The notes under the pieces were generated by a model. It ran no database searches and was not told the DNA's origin. It was given only the letters and a program-made list of their open reading frames with translations. Below, one piece after another: positions 1-13,450 of a DNA stretch of 64,000 nucleotides. The DNA is from the human T2T-CHM13v2.0 reference genome, Homo sapiens: NCBI RefSeq assembly GCF_009914755.1, contig NC_060931.1; one strand, 5' to 3'. How positions within the stretch are numbered: the first letter of the stretch is position 1; each line of letters opens with the position of its first letter. A program made the translations under genes and the position numbers.

Positions 1-309
1 GCCAGAAATTTATTTCTAACAGTTCTGGAGCTGGGAAGTCTAAGAACAAAGCACCAGCAGATTTTGGTGTCTGGTGAGGGCCTGGTCTCCACTTCCAAAG
101 TGGTGCCTTTAACCCTGAATTCTCTGGAAGAGAGGAACTTTGTGTCCTCACGTGGCAGAAGAGCAAGAGAGAGCAAATCCACTCCAGCAAGCCCTTTTTA
201 TAGGGGCATAAATTCATCTATAAGATCAGAGACCTCATGACCTAAACACCTCCCATGAGGCTCCACCTCCCAACACTGTTGCATTGGGGAAAACATTCAA
301 ACCATAGCA
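1..309 (-). mobile_element. MaLR solo LTR (MST/MLT1A-like), truncated by window edge
   Basis: Typical MaLR motifs (cagttctggagctgggaagtc...cacgtggcagaag...cctcatgacctaaacacctccc). Ends cattcaaaccatagca, the reverse complement of the tgctatggtttgaatg LTR start. Confidence 0.85.
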
Positions 310-614
310 GACAGTACATTTTAAGAGTTTAGAGAGTACTGAAAAGGTGATTTTTCCCCCTATAACTTTATTTTCTTTTCCTCTTGATGTGACTTGTACA
401 TAGAGCAATGAATGAAAGTCTCCTTTAACCCAAACAAAGAAAATGTAAAAAATAACAGAGAACTTTAATTTCTATATTGAAAAGTCCTACCACGTATCTG
501 AAAAAATTGACTTTCAGTGATTATTGCAGTCCCTTGCATTTCTTTGTCCCTGTCTATGTCTTCTTTATCCTCTGTAGTTTCCACTTTATAAAAGTGGGTA
601 TTTTGCTACTTGGC

Positions 615-631
615 ATAGATCGATGATAGAT

Positions 632-662
<31 letters not shown>

Positions 663-668
663 AATAGA
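615..668. repeat. (GATA)n tetranucleotide microsatellite
   Basis: gatagatgatagatagatagatagatagatagataa visible directly. Confidence 0.95.
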
Positions 669-689
669 GATAAAGAGACAAATAACTTA

Positions 690-870
690 CATATACATAA
701 TTATTAAATCTTTATGTCTTTATTGTAAATTATGACTTTTAGTGTTTAAACATGGCCTAAATTTTAGGTTTCATCATTTTTTAATTGAATTTTACTTGGC
801 TGATATGAAGATTGCAATCTGTGATTTTATGTTACTTCTATTTCCTTGATATACTTCTGTATTTTTCTTT
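690..870 (-). mobile_element. Ancient L1M ORF2 fragment
   Basis: Diverged resemblance to antisense L1 endonuclease region (ttggctgatatgaagattgcaat...ttccttgatatac). Confidence 0.4.
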
Positions 871-1102
871 AGTGTAACCCAGAGCTCACATACAAGTTCT
901 CTTATGTAGCATCCAGCCTTAATGGCTTCTCTCAATCTCTCTCACTGACTCTTACCCCCAATTCATTAACTTCCAATTTTATGCAGAGTAATTTGCTCCA
1001 CTTTAAACTTTGATCCCAAACTTTCATATTCAAATCTTCAAAGAGGTCAGATTAAACAAACCCTCCAGTTGTTAAGACACATTCTCCTTAGAGTATGACA
1101 GT

Positions 1103-1141
1103 ACACACACACACGCGCACACACACACACACACACACACC
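1103..1141. repeat. (CA)n microsatellite with a CGCG interruption
   Basis: acacacacacacgcgcacacacac... visible directly. Confidence 0.95.
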
Positions 1142-2969
1142 AGGAGGGTTTGGCAGACTGAAAACTCATAGGTGTGAGCCTATAAAATTGAAGCAATAGT
1201 GTTACACCAAGAGAAATGTACAGGTCATACAGAATAGTCTTTTATAGGGAGGTAAAGACATGTATATTCATACTTAATCATGCTGTTTCAGATGCCAGGG
1301 AGGCCTGCTATCTAAAATATGAAGTTTTAAAAAGAATAAGAGAACTAGAAATGCTGGGCAAAAGTTCAGAAATCTTAATATGTCAATTTTATACCTACAA
1401 AAAAAGCTAAACTATAAAGTCTGTATGATTTTGGGCAAAATTTCAGTAGGAATTAATTATGAAGGATTTGAGTTTCTTTAATAAAAGTCAAATTAGTATT
1501 GACTTTATGTTTGTAATGCAGAAATTATTTCTTTTTTATCATCACTTTCATTTCCATATCATGAAGTCGCAAGTGAACTAACTCTATGTGGAATTGAAAG
1601 TAATGTTCTAAAGTATGTAAACTTTAGAGAGTCTGAGTCATCTTCTATTGTGCTGATTTTCAGCTAGTCTGTCATTTTTATATTGTTGCTAAGTGCTTTT
1701 CCATCTAATTGCATAGGGACTGATTTGTTTAGCAACCTCTGTTTAGAGTCAGGCTTTGTTCTCTTCACTGTGGACACCATTCTGGCATTGTTTTCCTGTT
1801 TCCATTGTTTCTCAGAGCATATTTTAACACAAACATTTTGTGATTCAATTATCCTTCCCTCACCCCTCCCATATGTAAGCCAGAGTACCCTTTGGCTCTA
1901 AATATATGCTTGTAACAGCTGCTTTGCAATGTTCATTGCAAAAGAGACAAAGAGAGCCCAAACAGCTATGTTACTAAACCGTACACATAAAATAGTCATA
2001 CTCAATTAAAGACAACAGTAATCAAAACAGAAATAAGGAATATTTGCAATTCAGAAGCATTAGGGTAACTGTAATTCCCATAGCCTTTTATAAACGTATT
2101 TGGTGATTAATTCAGAATATCATGAAAAAATGCATACCTCCTTTGACAATTCACATAATACTTTATAGCTATATGCATTTAGGCTGTGGATTATCTCATT
2201 CTGAGAAATGTAAAGCACAAGGTCTAAGCAGAGCTAACATTATGTTATATTGGGAATGATACATGGTGTAAAACAAAAGGAAGACCTTTTAATCATATTT
2301 CCAGAAGGTCTTAATTCCTTTTAGAGACCTTTATGCACTAAGGCTCTCTAAGCATGAAACTAGAAAAGAGAAAGAAAATCTACTACAAAAGTTAAAGAAA
2401 ATAATTGATAGAGCCAATCTATAGCCTAAATGTATTTGTTCATGGATAAGATAAATTAATGAGTAAAAAGAAAATAAGATCGTTGGTCCACTTTTAATGT
2501 TACCTTACATAAACTCCATTTGATAGTCTTATCTTGAAAAAAATATTATTTTTGTCTAAACAAATTGTGGAAGAGGGTACAGCTGTGAAATAGGGAAAAA
2601 TGTCTAATAAGTAAAAAAATAAAAACAGTGCATAGATATCAAAAAGAGAGTCTCTGGAATTTAGGACTATCTGAGTAGGCTAAGAAAACAATTATTGGCA
2701 GGCATGGCAAGCAAATCAGTAAGAGTTTGAAGGATCAAGATCTCCAAAGTAAAAGGGAACTTTAGAGAAATGGGCATAACATTCTGTGGAAAATTTCCCC
2801 TTGAGGCACTAGCTGAATGCTAAAATTTGCATTTGAAGAACATATGTCTAAGAATTCAAGCAGAAATCAACTGCTGAGATACTAAAAGTTTAGGCAGATA
2901 GTTTGGCAGTATTTTGGTGCGGGGAAGATGAAAATTAGAATGTAGGATCATTACAAAACAAGGGACTTA

Positions 2970-3113
2970 GGGTGCAGTGGCTCATGCCTGAGATCCTAGC
3001 ACTTTGGGAGGCCAAAGCGGGAGGATTGCTGGAGCCCAGGAGTTTAAAACCAGCCTGGGCAACATAGCAACATAGTGAAACCCCATTTCTACAAAAAAAA
3101 AAAAAAAAAAAAA
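2970..3113 (+). mobile_element. FLAM (free left Alu monomer) with poly(A) tail
   Basis: gggtgcagtggctcatgcctg...aaaccccatttctac followed by about A21. Candidate TSD ggactta on both sides. Internal 8-bp duplication caacatag. Confidence 0.9.
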
Positions 3114-4507
3114 GAGGAAAAAGATGGACTTACAAAAATCTCAGGCCTTTAGTTGGATCCCTGAAAAGGCAACAACTATAGAGTGAGAAGCAAACTAGAA
3201 ACAGAATATCCTCTGCTGAAACAAGGTAATCTGCATGTATTTTAGTAGCCCCCAAGAAGAAAGATATCATTGAGAATGCCAGCAATTTTTCATATACATT
3301 TGGGATTCAGTCAAAATTTATCAGATATGCCAGAGAATAGAACCAAATGACTGAGAAATGTAAGAGAAAAACTTAAAAGTAGAGCAGCAGAAAATCAAAA
3401 TATCTGAGGTATCAGGACTAAACTTAATATGTTCCAAAAATAAATACAAAGATGGAATATTTTCATCAGAGAATTGGAATTTAATTTAAAAATCAAATAG
3501 AAATCAGGGATCTTACAAAATACTGAAATTAAGATATAGATGAATTTAATAGTAGATTAATGATTAACCACAGTAGAAGAAATAAAGTATTTACCAATAG
3601 ATTCACATACTTATACACATACAAAATATACAGTTTGAAGCAAGCAAGTAAATTAAATGAAATATAAAATAAGAGCTATGTGGAACATAATTGAAAAAAA
3701 GGTTCATGTATTTGTAACTGGATTCCAAAAAGGAGAAATGACAGAGGAAAAAAATAGAAGTATGAGAAGAAATGTTGGCTAAGAATTTCCCAAAACTAAT
3801 GAAAAGCATCAAGTCTTTGGAGCCATTCAAGAAGCTCTATGAATCACAGCCCAGCTAAAAACAAAATAATAACACCTATTATATAAAACTGCTAAAAACT
3901 AAAGCCAAATGACAATCTTAAAAGCATGCAAATAAAAGACACATTAGTTTCAAATGAGTAATAATATGATTAAGAGCTGACTTTTGAAATAAAACAATGG
4001 GAGACAGAGAACACTTACAGCGCTGAAAGAAAATGCCTGAATCTATATTTAGAAAATGATCTCCTTCAAAAATGAAGGCTAAATAAAGGCCTTTTTTTAT
4101 TTGTTTTTTTTTTTGGGGGGGTGAAACAAGAAGTTCAGAGAAGCTGAGGTCATAATACTTTTTCTAAATAAAATGCCAAAGATAATTATCTAGGCAGAAA
4201 GAAAATAATCCCTGAACAAAGCATAATAATAAAGGAAGGATACAAAGCACAAGGAAGGAGAAACATCAGAGCATATCAAAACCAAATATTAAATGTTAGA
4301 ACATAATAATAACAACAATAATAATACATGTTCAAATTATATGTAAAATTAATATCCATATTATTGATAGTGCAAGAAATCAGAGTGGAACTTTTCAGGC
4401 ACTTTCATTGATCAGGAAGTGTGAAAGTAATAAAAGTATATTCTAATCAGTGAAGGATGCATATTATAATATATATGGTAAACATTAAAAACAATAAAAG
4501 ACTAAAA

Positions 4508-4808
<301 letters not shown>

Positions 4809-5279
4809 GTTATTTAAAAACTAAATAATGTAATATGGAGCAAAGAACAGACGAAACAGAAAATAAATGGCAAGATTACATAAACCCCAAAATATAAGTA
4901 ATTGCTATATATATTTAAATACTTTAGTTGTCAGAAAAAGATTGTTGGGCTACATACAGAAACCCATTTCTACTTAAAGGAGACATATTTTAAATATAAA
5001 AATAGATAGTGGAAGTTTAAAAAGCAAAATAAGGTTAAAAGATACTCTGGTACAGCTATGGTGAGGGCACACTGAAAGAAAAAATATACTCCAAAAGATA
5101 AAAAGGGTAATTTCATAATAATGAAAGAGTATTAATAGTATCAATCTTAAGAAGAAACAAAAATAGCAGCACATTAAGCCCTAAAATTATAGAAGGTATA
5201 AAATAGTGAAATAGAAAGAAGAAATACAAAGGAGAAAAACCTGAAAACCCCAGATTGATACTATTGATAAACCCCTTGC

Positions 5280-5365
5280 AAGACAGAGAGAGACAAAGAG
5301 ACAGAGAGCAGAGAAAGAAAGAAAAGGAGGAAGAGAGAAAGAAGAGAGAGGATAAGAAGGAGGTA
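5280..5365. repeat. GA-rich low-complexity purine tract
   Basis: agacagagagagacaaagagacagagagcagagaaagaaagaaaaggagg... Confidence 0.8.
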
Positions 5366-5445
5366 CAAAAACCAACGACATAAATTTTTAAAAGGGTCAT
5401 TGTTATAGATATTTAAAAGTTAAGAGGAAATTAAACAATGCCAAT

Positions 5446-5794
5446 TGATACGGATTGACTATGTCCCCACCCAAATCTCATCTTGAATTGTAACTCCCAC
5501 AATTCCCATGTGTCGTGGGAGGGACCCAGTGGGAGGTAATTGAATCATGGGATGGGACTTTCTCATGATAGTGAATAAATCACATAAGATCTGATGGTTT
5601 TAAAAAGAGAAATTTCCCTGCACAAGTTCTCTCTTTGTCTGCTGCCATCCATATAAGATGTGACTTGCTCCTCCTTGCCTTCCACCATGATTGTGAGGCC
5701 TCCGTAGCCATGTGGAACTGTATGTCCATTAAACATCTATTTCTTCCCAGTCTCGGGTATGTCTTTATCAGCAGCATGAAAACGGACTAATACA
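5446..5794 (+). mobile_element. THE1A/B solo LTR (MaLR)
   Basis: TG...CA termini (tgatacggattgactatgtccccacccaaatctc ... gaaaacggactaataca). 5-bp TSD ccaat (5441-5445) / tcaat (5795-5799). Confidence 0.93.
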
Positions 5795-6035
5795 TCAATC
5801 AAGTTATCCATCAAATACCAATGTATTTGTGCACATCAATCAAAAATTTCAGACGAAATGTATGCATTTCAAGAAAAAACAGATTTGTAAAATGGACACA
5901 AAAAGAAATATGAATCATCTTAAATCTATTAAAGAAATTAAATTTATCATTCAAAATACCCAACAAGTAAGCCTATACTACTTTACCAAATACATAAGGA
6001 ATAAAACCAAACTTATATTAAAATTTTCAGACAAA

Positions 6036-6224
6036 ACATGATGTGGAAAAATGATGTCAATAGTCTTTTTGTCACATTTTGATAATTCTTGCAATATTAA
6101 AAAATTTTTTATTACTATTTTATCTGTTATAGTGATCTGTGTTCAGTGTGATTTTTTATGTTACTGTTGTAATTGTTTTGGTGGACCACAAACTGTGCCC
6201 ACTTAATTGATAAATGTGCGTGTT
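6036..6224. mobile_element. Tigger1 subterminal fragment with a small internal inversion
   Basis: 6068-6224 matches Tigger1 (gtcacattttgataattcttgcaatatt...atctgttatagtgatctgtg...acttaattgataaatg). 6036-6067 matches the adjacent Tigger1 segment in the opposite orientation. Confidence 0.75.
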
Positions 6225-6243
6225 AAAAAAAAATCATACAAAA

Positions 6244-6540
6244 GGGTACAGTTGCTCACGCCTGTAATCCCAGCACTTTGGGAGGCCAAGGCAGGAAGAT
6301 CACTTGAGGTTTGGAGTTCAAGATCAGCCTGGCCAACATGGTGAAAGCAAACCCTGTCTCTACTGAAAATACAAAAAAATCAGTCAAGCATCCTGGTGCA
6401 CACCTGTAATCTTAGCTACATTACAGGCAGAGGCAGAATTGCTTGAACCTGGGAGGTGGAGATTGCAGTGAGCCGAGATCATAACCCTGCACTCCAGCCT
6501 GGGAGACAAGGTCAGACTCTATCCCCCCAACCAAAAAATA
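6244..6540 (+). mobile_element. AluS (Sx/Sz-like)
   Basis: Alu dimer with cagcctggccaacatggtgaaa and gaattgcttgaacctgggaggtggagattgcagtgagccgagatc. Degenerate tail. Confidence 0.9.
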
Positions 6541-7629
6541 ATTATAGGATATAAAAAACACTACCCACCATATTTATTTGATGAGACAATCATTATCTTG
6601 AAATCAAAATGGTACAAGATTATTAATAAAATAATATTACAGAATAATCTTTCACATGAACCTAGTCACAAAAACTCTAAACACATCATGAACTGGAAAT
6701 CAAATCCAGCAATATATATTTTGCATTTATTTCAGGACATAAAAGCTGTTTAATATCAGTCTTAATTCAGCACATAAACACAATAAACAAGTGTGTCCAT
6801 TTAGTGATAAACAATAAAAACCAACATACAATACAAAATTTTTTCAAGATGATAAATCCTCAGAAAATTAGTATTGAAAGGGTACATTCTACCTACAGCA
6901 AACATCATTGTTGTGGTACCATTAGGAACACAAAAAGAGTGCCTACTACATTAATTTATTCACCATTGTGCTAGAGGGCATAGTCATTGTAATGAGTCAC
7001 ACAAAATAAGTAAAAGCTTTAAGGATTTAAAAGAAGAAATACTGCAGTCCCACGATGATGCTAGACTTGTGCACATAGAAAACTAGATAAATTACTAGTT
7101 GATAAATACAACTCTGGATGCATAATTAACATATGAAAATCAAATGTGTTTATTTTCTATGTTTATAAAGGAATATTAGAAAATGACATCCTAAAGTGAT
7201 ATCAAAATAGCATTTATAAATCAAATAACTAATGGAAAAGTATTTAGAATACTTTTCATTAGAATATGCACATCTATTAGAGATGTACAAGTCCTTTACA
7301 CTGAAAACTACAAAATATTGCTAAGATAATTTGAAAAAAATAGAAGCAGTGACAGCATAGCTTTTTGAATCTTCCTTTTTTCCTTCATGAAAAGAGACAA
7401 ACCTCAAATCCTGTGACCAATATCTACTACAAAGTTTAGTTGACAATTGTGTCATGAAGAAACTCAAAATATAAGTGGGTAGGGTCCAGCCATTAGCAAA
7501 TGTAACAATATTTCTTTCTTTAGCAACATCCATTTTGGGGAACCAATAAAACAGAGTGAAGCAAATTATGCAAATAGTACTCATTACCCAGAGAGACAAA
7601 AAGGAAGTTTCTGATGTGCTGCCACTTTT

Positions 7630-10600
7630 TATCAAGACAATGAATATATCCATTGCTCTAAAAAGTTTGTGATGTTTCCCGTGTTCCTCTATCCCCATTC
7701 AGCCACTGATCTGCTGTCACCACATGTAAATTTGCATTTCCTAAAATTTTATATAAATGGAGACCACTCAGTATGTGGGGTTTTTTTGTCGAAATTCTTT
7801 TATTCAACATAATTATATTGAGGCTTATCTGAGTAAAGCATGGGTCAGCAATTCATTTTTTTGTTGCTGAGAAGCATCCCATCCCATTATATGAATACAC
7901 CATAGTTAGTTTATCCATCCACATGTTGATGGCCATTGTTTCCAGTTTTTGGCTATTATGAATAATAATATTATATATATATAAAAACATTTGTGTAACA
8001 TCTGAGGACATAAACATTTGTTTTTTTTAAAATAGGAATGAAATAGTTAGATAATATAGTCAGTGTATCAACTTTTTAAAAAAGTCATCTGCTTTTTAAA
8101 GTGGTTGTTTCATTTAACATTCCACTAACAGTGTATGACCATTCCAGTCTTCCATATCCTCACAAAGACCTAGTATGGTATATCTTTTAACAAATTTTAG
8201 CTATTCTAGTTGGCATGTAGTGCTAATTGTGATTTTAATTTTCATCTTTCTAATGATTAATGATGCTGAGTGCATCTTTTCTTGTACCTATAGATCACTT
8301 TTTGTATTTTTATGAATTATTTGCTAAAGTCTGTTGCCTGTTTTTTATTGGTTTGTTTAATTTCTTATTGTTGTGTTTTAAGAGTTCTTTGTATATTCTG
8401 AATACCAGTCCACTATTAGGTACATCGTTTGCAAATGATTTCTCCCAGTTGGTAACTTCTCTTTCCATTTCCTTAATGATATCTCCCACAGAGGAGATGT
8501 TTTTAATTTTGATGAAGTTCATTTTATCAAGTTGTTTAAATGATCGTGCTTTTGATTTCATATTTAAAAAATCGTTGCCTAACCCAAGGTTGCAAAGCTT
8601 ATCCTATGTTTTCTTCTAGAAATTTTATAATTTTAGATTTTACATTTAGATCTATGATGAATTTTGAGTCTTTTTTATATATGTTGTGAGATATGAAACA
8701 AAGTTCACATTATTTCCTATGGCTATCTGAATGTTCCAGTACTGTTTGATGGAAGACTTTCTTTCTCCACTGAATTGCTTATTTCACATTGATGAAAAAT
8801 AAATCGTCCACATATATAATATTCTATTTTTGAACTCTCCATTCTGATTTATTGATCTATTTTTCTATCATGATTCAAATATACATTGTTTTGATTACTG
8901 TAGTTTTATAATGCCCCTAAATCAGTATAAGAGCCCCAAATTGTTAATCCTCAACTTCGTTCTTTTTTTTTCTCAAAATTGTTTTCACAGGTTCTAAGTT
9001 TTCTAGGTTCATTGAGTTTCCATACGAATTTTATAATCAATTTATAATTTTCACCAAAAATTTATTCCAGGGTTTGACTTATAGAATTGATAATTTAATA
9101 ATATCATCTTGTGACCCATGAAGATGGCTTATCTCTCTATTATTTAGGTCCTCTCTCATTCTCTAGGTAATGCTGTAATTTTCAGTATATGACTTTTATT
9201 TATTTTATCAAATTTATCTGTATATATTTTATAACGATGCTATTATTGGAGGTATTTTAAATTTAATTTCCAAATTGTCATTACTAGTACATAAAGCCCG
9301 ATTTGCTTCTGTACATTTACCTTGTATTCTGTAGCCTTAATGAATGCATGTACTGTATGAATTCTAGTATCTTTTGTGTAAATGTCATTGGATTTTCTAC
9401 ATAGCAATGATGGCATCTGTAGTGTTTTATTTATTTCCATTCTGAATACTTTAAAATTATTTTAACTATTAAGTTGTCTGGAATATGTAATACCATATTT
9501 AATAGAAGTAGTGAGAGTGAATATTTTTGTCTTAAGTCTGATAATTCCAGATTAAGTACTGTTTTAACTGCCACTTTTTAATAGATGTGCTTTACCAGGC
9601 TGAGGAAGATCCTTTCTATTTCTACTTGGCTGAACACTTTTATTAGTAATAAATATTGGTCTTTATCAAAAGCTTTTTCTTAATTTATTGAGATAATCAT
9701 ATGGTTTTCTTTTTTGTTTTGTTAATTTAGTAATTTATGTTGAAAATTTTTTAAACATTTAACCTAGCATCCTTGGGAAAAACTATACTTGGCTATGATA
9801 TCATAATGTTTTATATCTAATTAGATTTGAGTTGCCAAAATTTCATTTATAATTTTTGCATTTATGTTCACAAGGAATGTTGGTCTTAAGTTTTCTTTTC
9901 TTATGTTTTTTTCTGGTTTGTTATCAGGGAAATGCTTTTGGAAAACATTTCCACTTCTTCAATTTTCCAAGAATATCTGAATAAAATTATTAACACTTCT
10001 CTCTTAAATGTTTGGTAGAATTCATCAGTGAGGCCATTTAGGACTTGAGTTTTTGTTTGTTTGTCTGTTTTTGTTTTTAATTCTTAACTACACATTCCAG
10101 GTCTTAAACATTTACAAAGATATTCAGAATTTCTGTTTCTTCTTGGGTGTGTGCTTTGATAACTTGTAAGTTTTAAGAAATCTGTTCATCTATTTAATTC
10201 ATTAAAAGTAATGTCAAAAATGCAATTATTTTGCACCAGCCTAATAAGGTGTCAAATTATTGGAAAAAGTTCTCTATAATATTTATTTAACAGTATTCTA
10301 ATGTCTGTAACTTTTGTAATGTTGTCAGTTTTCTTAGTTCTGGTATTGTTAATTTTTAACTTTCTTTTTCTGATCAGTCATGCTGGAAGTATATCAATTT
10401 TATGGATCTTCTCAAATAATCAGATTTTTGCTTCACTGATGTAGCTATCATCTCACTCTTTTCTATTTCATTGCTATCCACTCTGATTCTTGTTGTTTCC
10501 TTTTGTGTAATTACTTTGGGTTTAATTTTTTCTTTCTTCCAGTTTTAGAGTGGAAGTTGAAGTTATTGAGTCAATTTTTTTCTAATATAAAGGTTTAGTG

Positions 10601-13450
10601 TATAAATTTTCCTCTAAATAATATTTAATTGGCATCTCATAAATTTTGATATATTTTCATTTTTATTCAGTGTTTCCTTTCATTTTGCTTTGGCCTATAT
10701 GTTATTTAGAATTATATTATTTAGTTTCCAAGTACTTGGGAATTACCCAAGAATTTTTGTTATTCTTTCTAATTTAATTGTATTATGGTCAGAGAAAACA
10801 CTTTAACTGGAATTATTTTAAAATTCTTAAGGTCTGACTTGTAGCCCACAATAATTTTTGGTAAATATTTGGTGTGCCTTCGAAAATAATGGTCATTATA
10901 ATAATGTTGGATGGAGTATTCTATAAATGTCTACTACATCAAGCTACTTGGTAGTGTTGTTCAAATGTTTTATATTCTTACTGATTTTCTAATTTTCTAT
11001 AACTTATTTATAGAAGAAAGTTAAAAATCCTACTACAATGGTGAACTTTTACTTTTCTTTTAATAATTCTGTGAGATTTTTAATTCATGTATTTTGAAAC
11101 TATTATTGGGTGCATGAATGTTTACAAGCTACTATTTTTTGATAAATTGACCTCATTATAGTTTTATAATTACTGTACTTATCCCTTTTAATATTATTTG
11201 CTTTGAAATCAACTCTAACATTAATATAGTTTTTTTGATATATTATGTTAATGCAGTATTCTTTCCTTCAGCATTACTTTTACATATTTGTGTTTTTGTA
11301 TATGAAATGAGTTTTTGTATGTAGCACATTTGTGGTTTTGATTTTTTAAATTCAATCTGCCAATTTTTTGCCTTTTTTTAAAGATACATGAATTATTTAA
11401 ATTTAGTGTGATTAGTGATTTTATTATGTTTTAGTCTAACAACTTTAACTGTTTTCTTTATTTACCATTTGTTTTTCTTGATTTTTTTCTTCTTTTTCCT
11501 TCCTTCTTTTGGATTAATTGAATAGTTTCTATGATTTCATTTTATCTGCATTGAGGAGCTATTAATTACAAATTTTTGTTCTATTAGTTGAGTGGCTTGT
11601 AGTATATATTTTAAAATAATTACAATGTGCCTTAAAATGATTATATCACTTTACATAAAGTATAAGACATTTAAAGTAATATATTTCCAATTTCTCTTTC
11701 CAATCATTGTGCTATCACTGTCTTACATTTCAATTGCACATTGATTATAAACTCCACATTACATTTTTTTTGTTTATGGTCAATTTTTTTCAAAGATATT
11801 TAAATGATAAGATACATGTTTTGTATTTTCTGGTGTTATATCATTTCTTGTGCTCTTCATTTCTTTGTGGAGAACTTTATTTCCATCTGATGTCACTTTT
11901 CTTCTGTCTGAAAGGCTTATTTATAGTACAGGTCTGCTAATAATAAATGATTTTAGCTTTTGTAATTTCAAAAAAGTCATTATTTCACTTATATTTTTGC
12001 AAGATATTTTTACTGGTCTAAAATTTTCAGTTAAGATTTTCTAATTAAGCACCTTAAGGTACTTAAGTGTATGTAAGCTCTTATGGCACTTTTTATTAAG
12101 TATATTAATACAATACTTAAAACATATCTCTTCTGATGAGAAATATGCTGCCAAACTTATCTTTGTTCTCATCTGTGAAATATTCTCCATGTGGCTGCTT
12201 TAAAATGTTCTCTTTATCACTAGATGTTAGCAATTTGATTGTCATGTTTCTTGGCATATTGTTTCCATATTTCTTATGTTTGGTATTTGTTGAGTTTCTT
12301 GAATTTGTTATCATATTCAGAAAATGTTCAGCCATTGCTTCTTCAAATAATTTTTAGCCCTATCTCCTTTGGGGACTACAATTACATATATAAGTGGGCC
12401 TCTCAAAGTTGTGCTGCAGCTCATTTATGCTCTATTTGTTTTAATTTTCTTTTCTCTCTATGTAACTTTCTGAATAATTTCTATTGCTATAGCATCAAGT
12501 TCACTATTCTTCATTCTGAAATATGTACTCTACCACTAATCCTATGCAGTTTCTTTTCCATCTCATACATTGCAGTTTTCATCTTTAGAAGTTTGGAGGG
12601 GTGCATTTTTAATACTACTAACTTTTTTTAACATATGAAATATAAAATGATGATTGTTTTAATGTCCCTGCCTACTAATTCTAACATATGTGTTAAGTCT
12701 GGGTTGGTTTTAATTAATTTTTCTTGTAATTACCGGTCATGCTTTCTTGCTTCTTTGTATGTTTGTTAATTTTTGTTGAATACCAGACATTGTGAATTCC
12801 ACCTTGCTGAATAATGGATATTGTTATATTACTATAAATATTCTTGAGCATTATTCTTATATGCAGGCAAGTTACTTAGAAACAGTTTCTTCCTTTGTGC
12901 TTTTGCTTAAGTTAAAACAACTTAAAACTTGCTTTATCTACTGAAGGAAAACTGTTCTATCTATTCTATTCTATCCAATGCCTTATAAGTCTTGAAGTCT
13001 TCCAGTCTGGCTGGTGCTAATAGGCAGTATTCCTGGTCCTGGAATAGGTATGACTTCTGGGCATTGTTATGCCAATCTTTTCAGATAGTTTTTCTAGGTA
13101 GTTTTCTCACAGGCATGCGCTGATCAGTATTTAGCTGCATACTTGACGACGAGTCTCCTCATTTCTCTAGAAATCTCTCTTCATGCTGCTTTTTTTCTAT
13201 CTGCTAATATTAACTGACTTTGGTCTAACTCTAACTGCTTTGGTCTCCCCAGACCCTCAATTTTATTTTCTCTGAAAATCTTCCCAACAGGCAATCACAG
13301 GGTCTCACCTCATTTGTTTTCTGTCTCATCAAAATTACCCCTGTTTATTGCCCGATACTCAATATCATAAATAATATTTCTCTTATAATTTCACTTTTCT
13401 TTGTTGTTCAGTAAAGGGGTAAGCCAATCCCTGTTATTCCATTTCACCTG
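7630..13450 (-). mobile_element. Ancient near-full-length L1M (L1MC/MD-like) remnant: 3'UTR, ORF2, ORF1, 5' region
   Basis: T-rich antisense L1. ORF 8310-8561(-) DKMNFIKIKN...NWEKSFAN...GLVFRIYKEL resembles the ORF2 C-terminal region. ORF 12117-12335(-) MAEHFLNM...PRNMTIKLL...DKENILK resembles ORF1. Confidence 0.85.
10200..10246. mobile_element. MADE1 (Hsmar1 MITE) half-element
   Basis: cattaaaagtaatgtcaaaaatgcaattattttgcaccagcctaata matches one MADE1 arm plus TA. Confidence 0.8.

Noticed and set aside
7321-7698. 125-aa hydrophobic ORF on -
   Set aside because: It starts in one L1 remnant and ends in another, has no recognisable family, and its hydrophobicity follows from T-rich composition.
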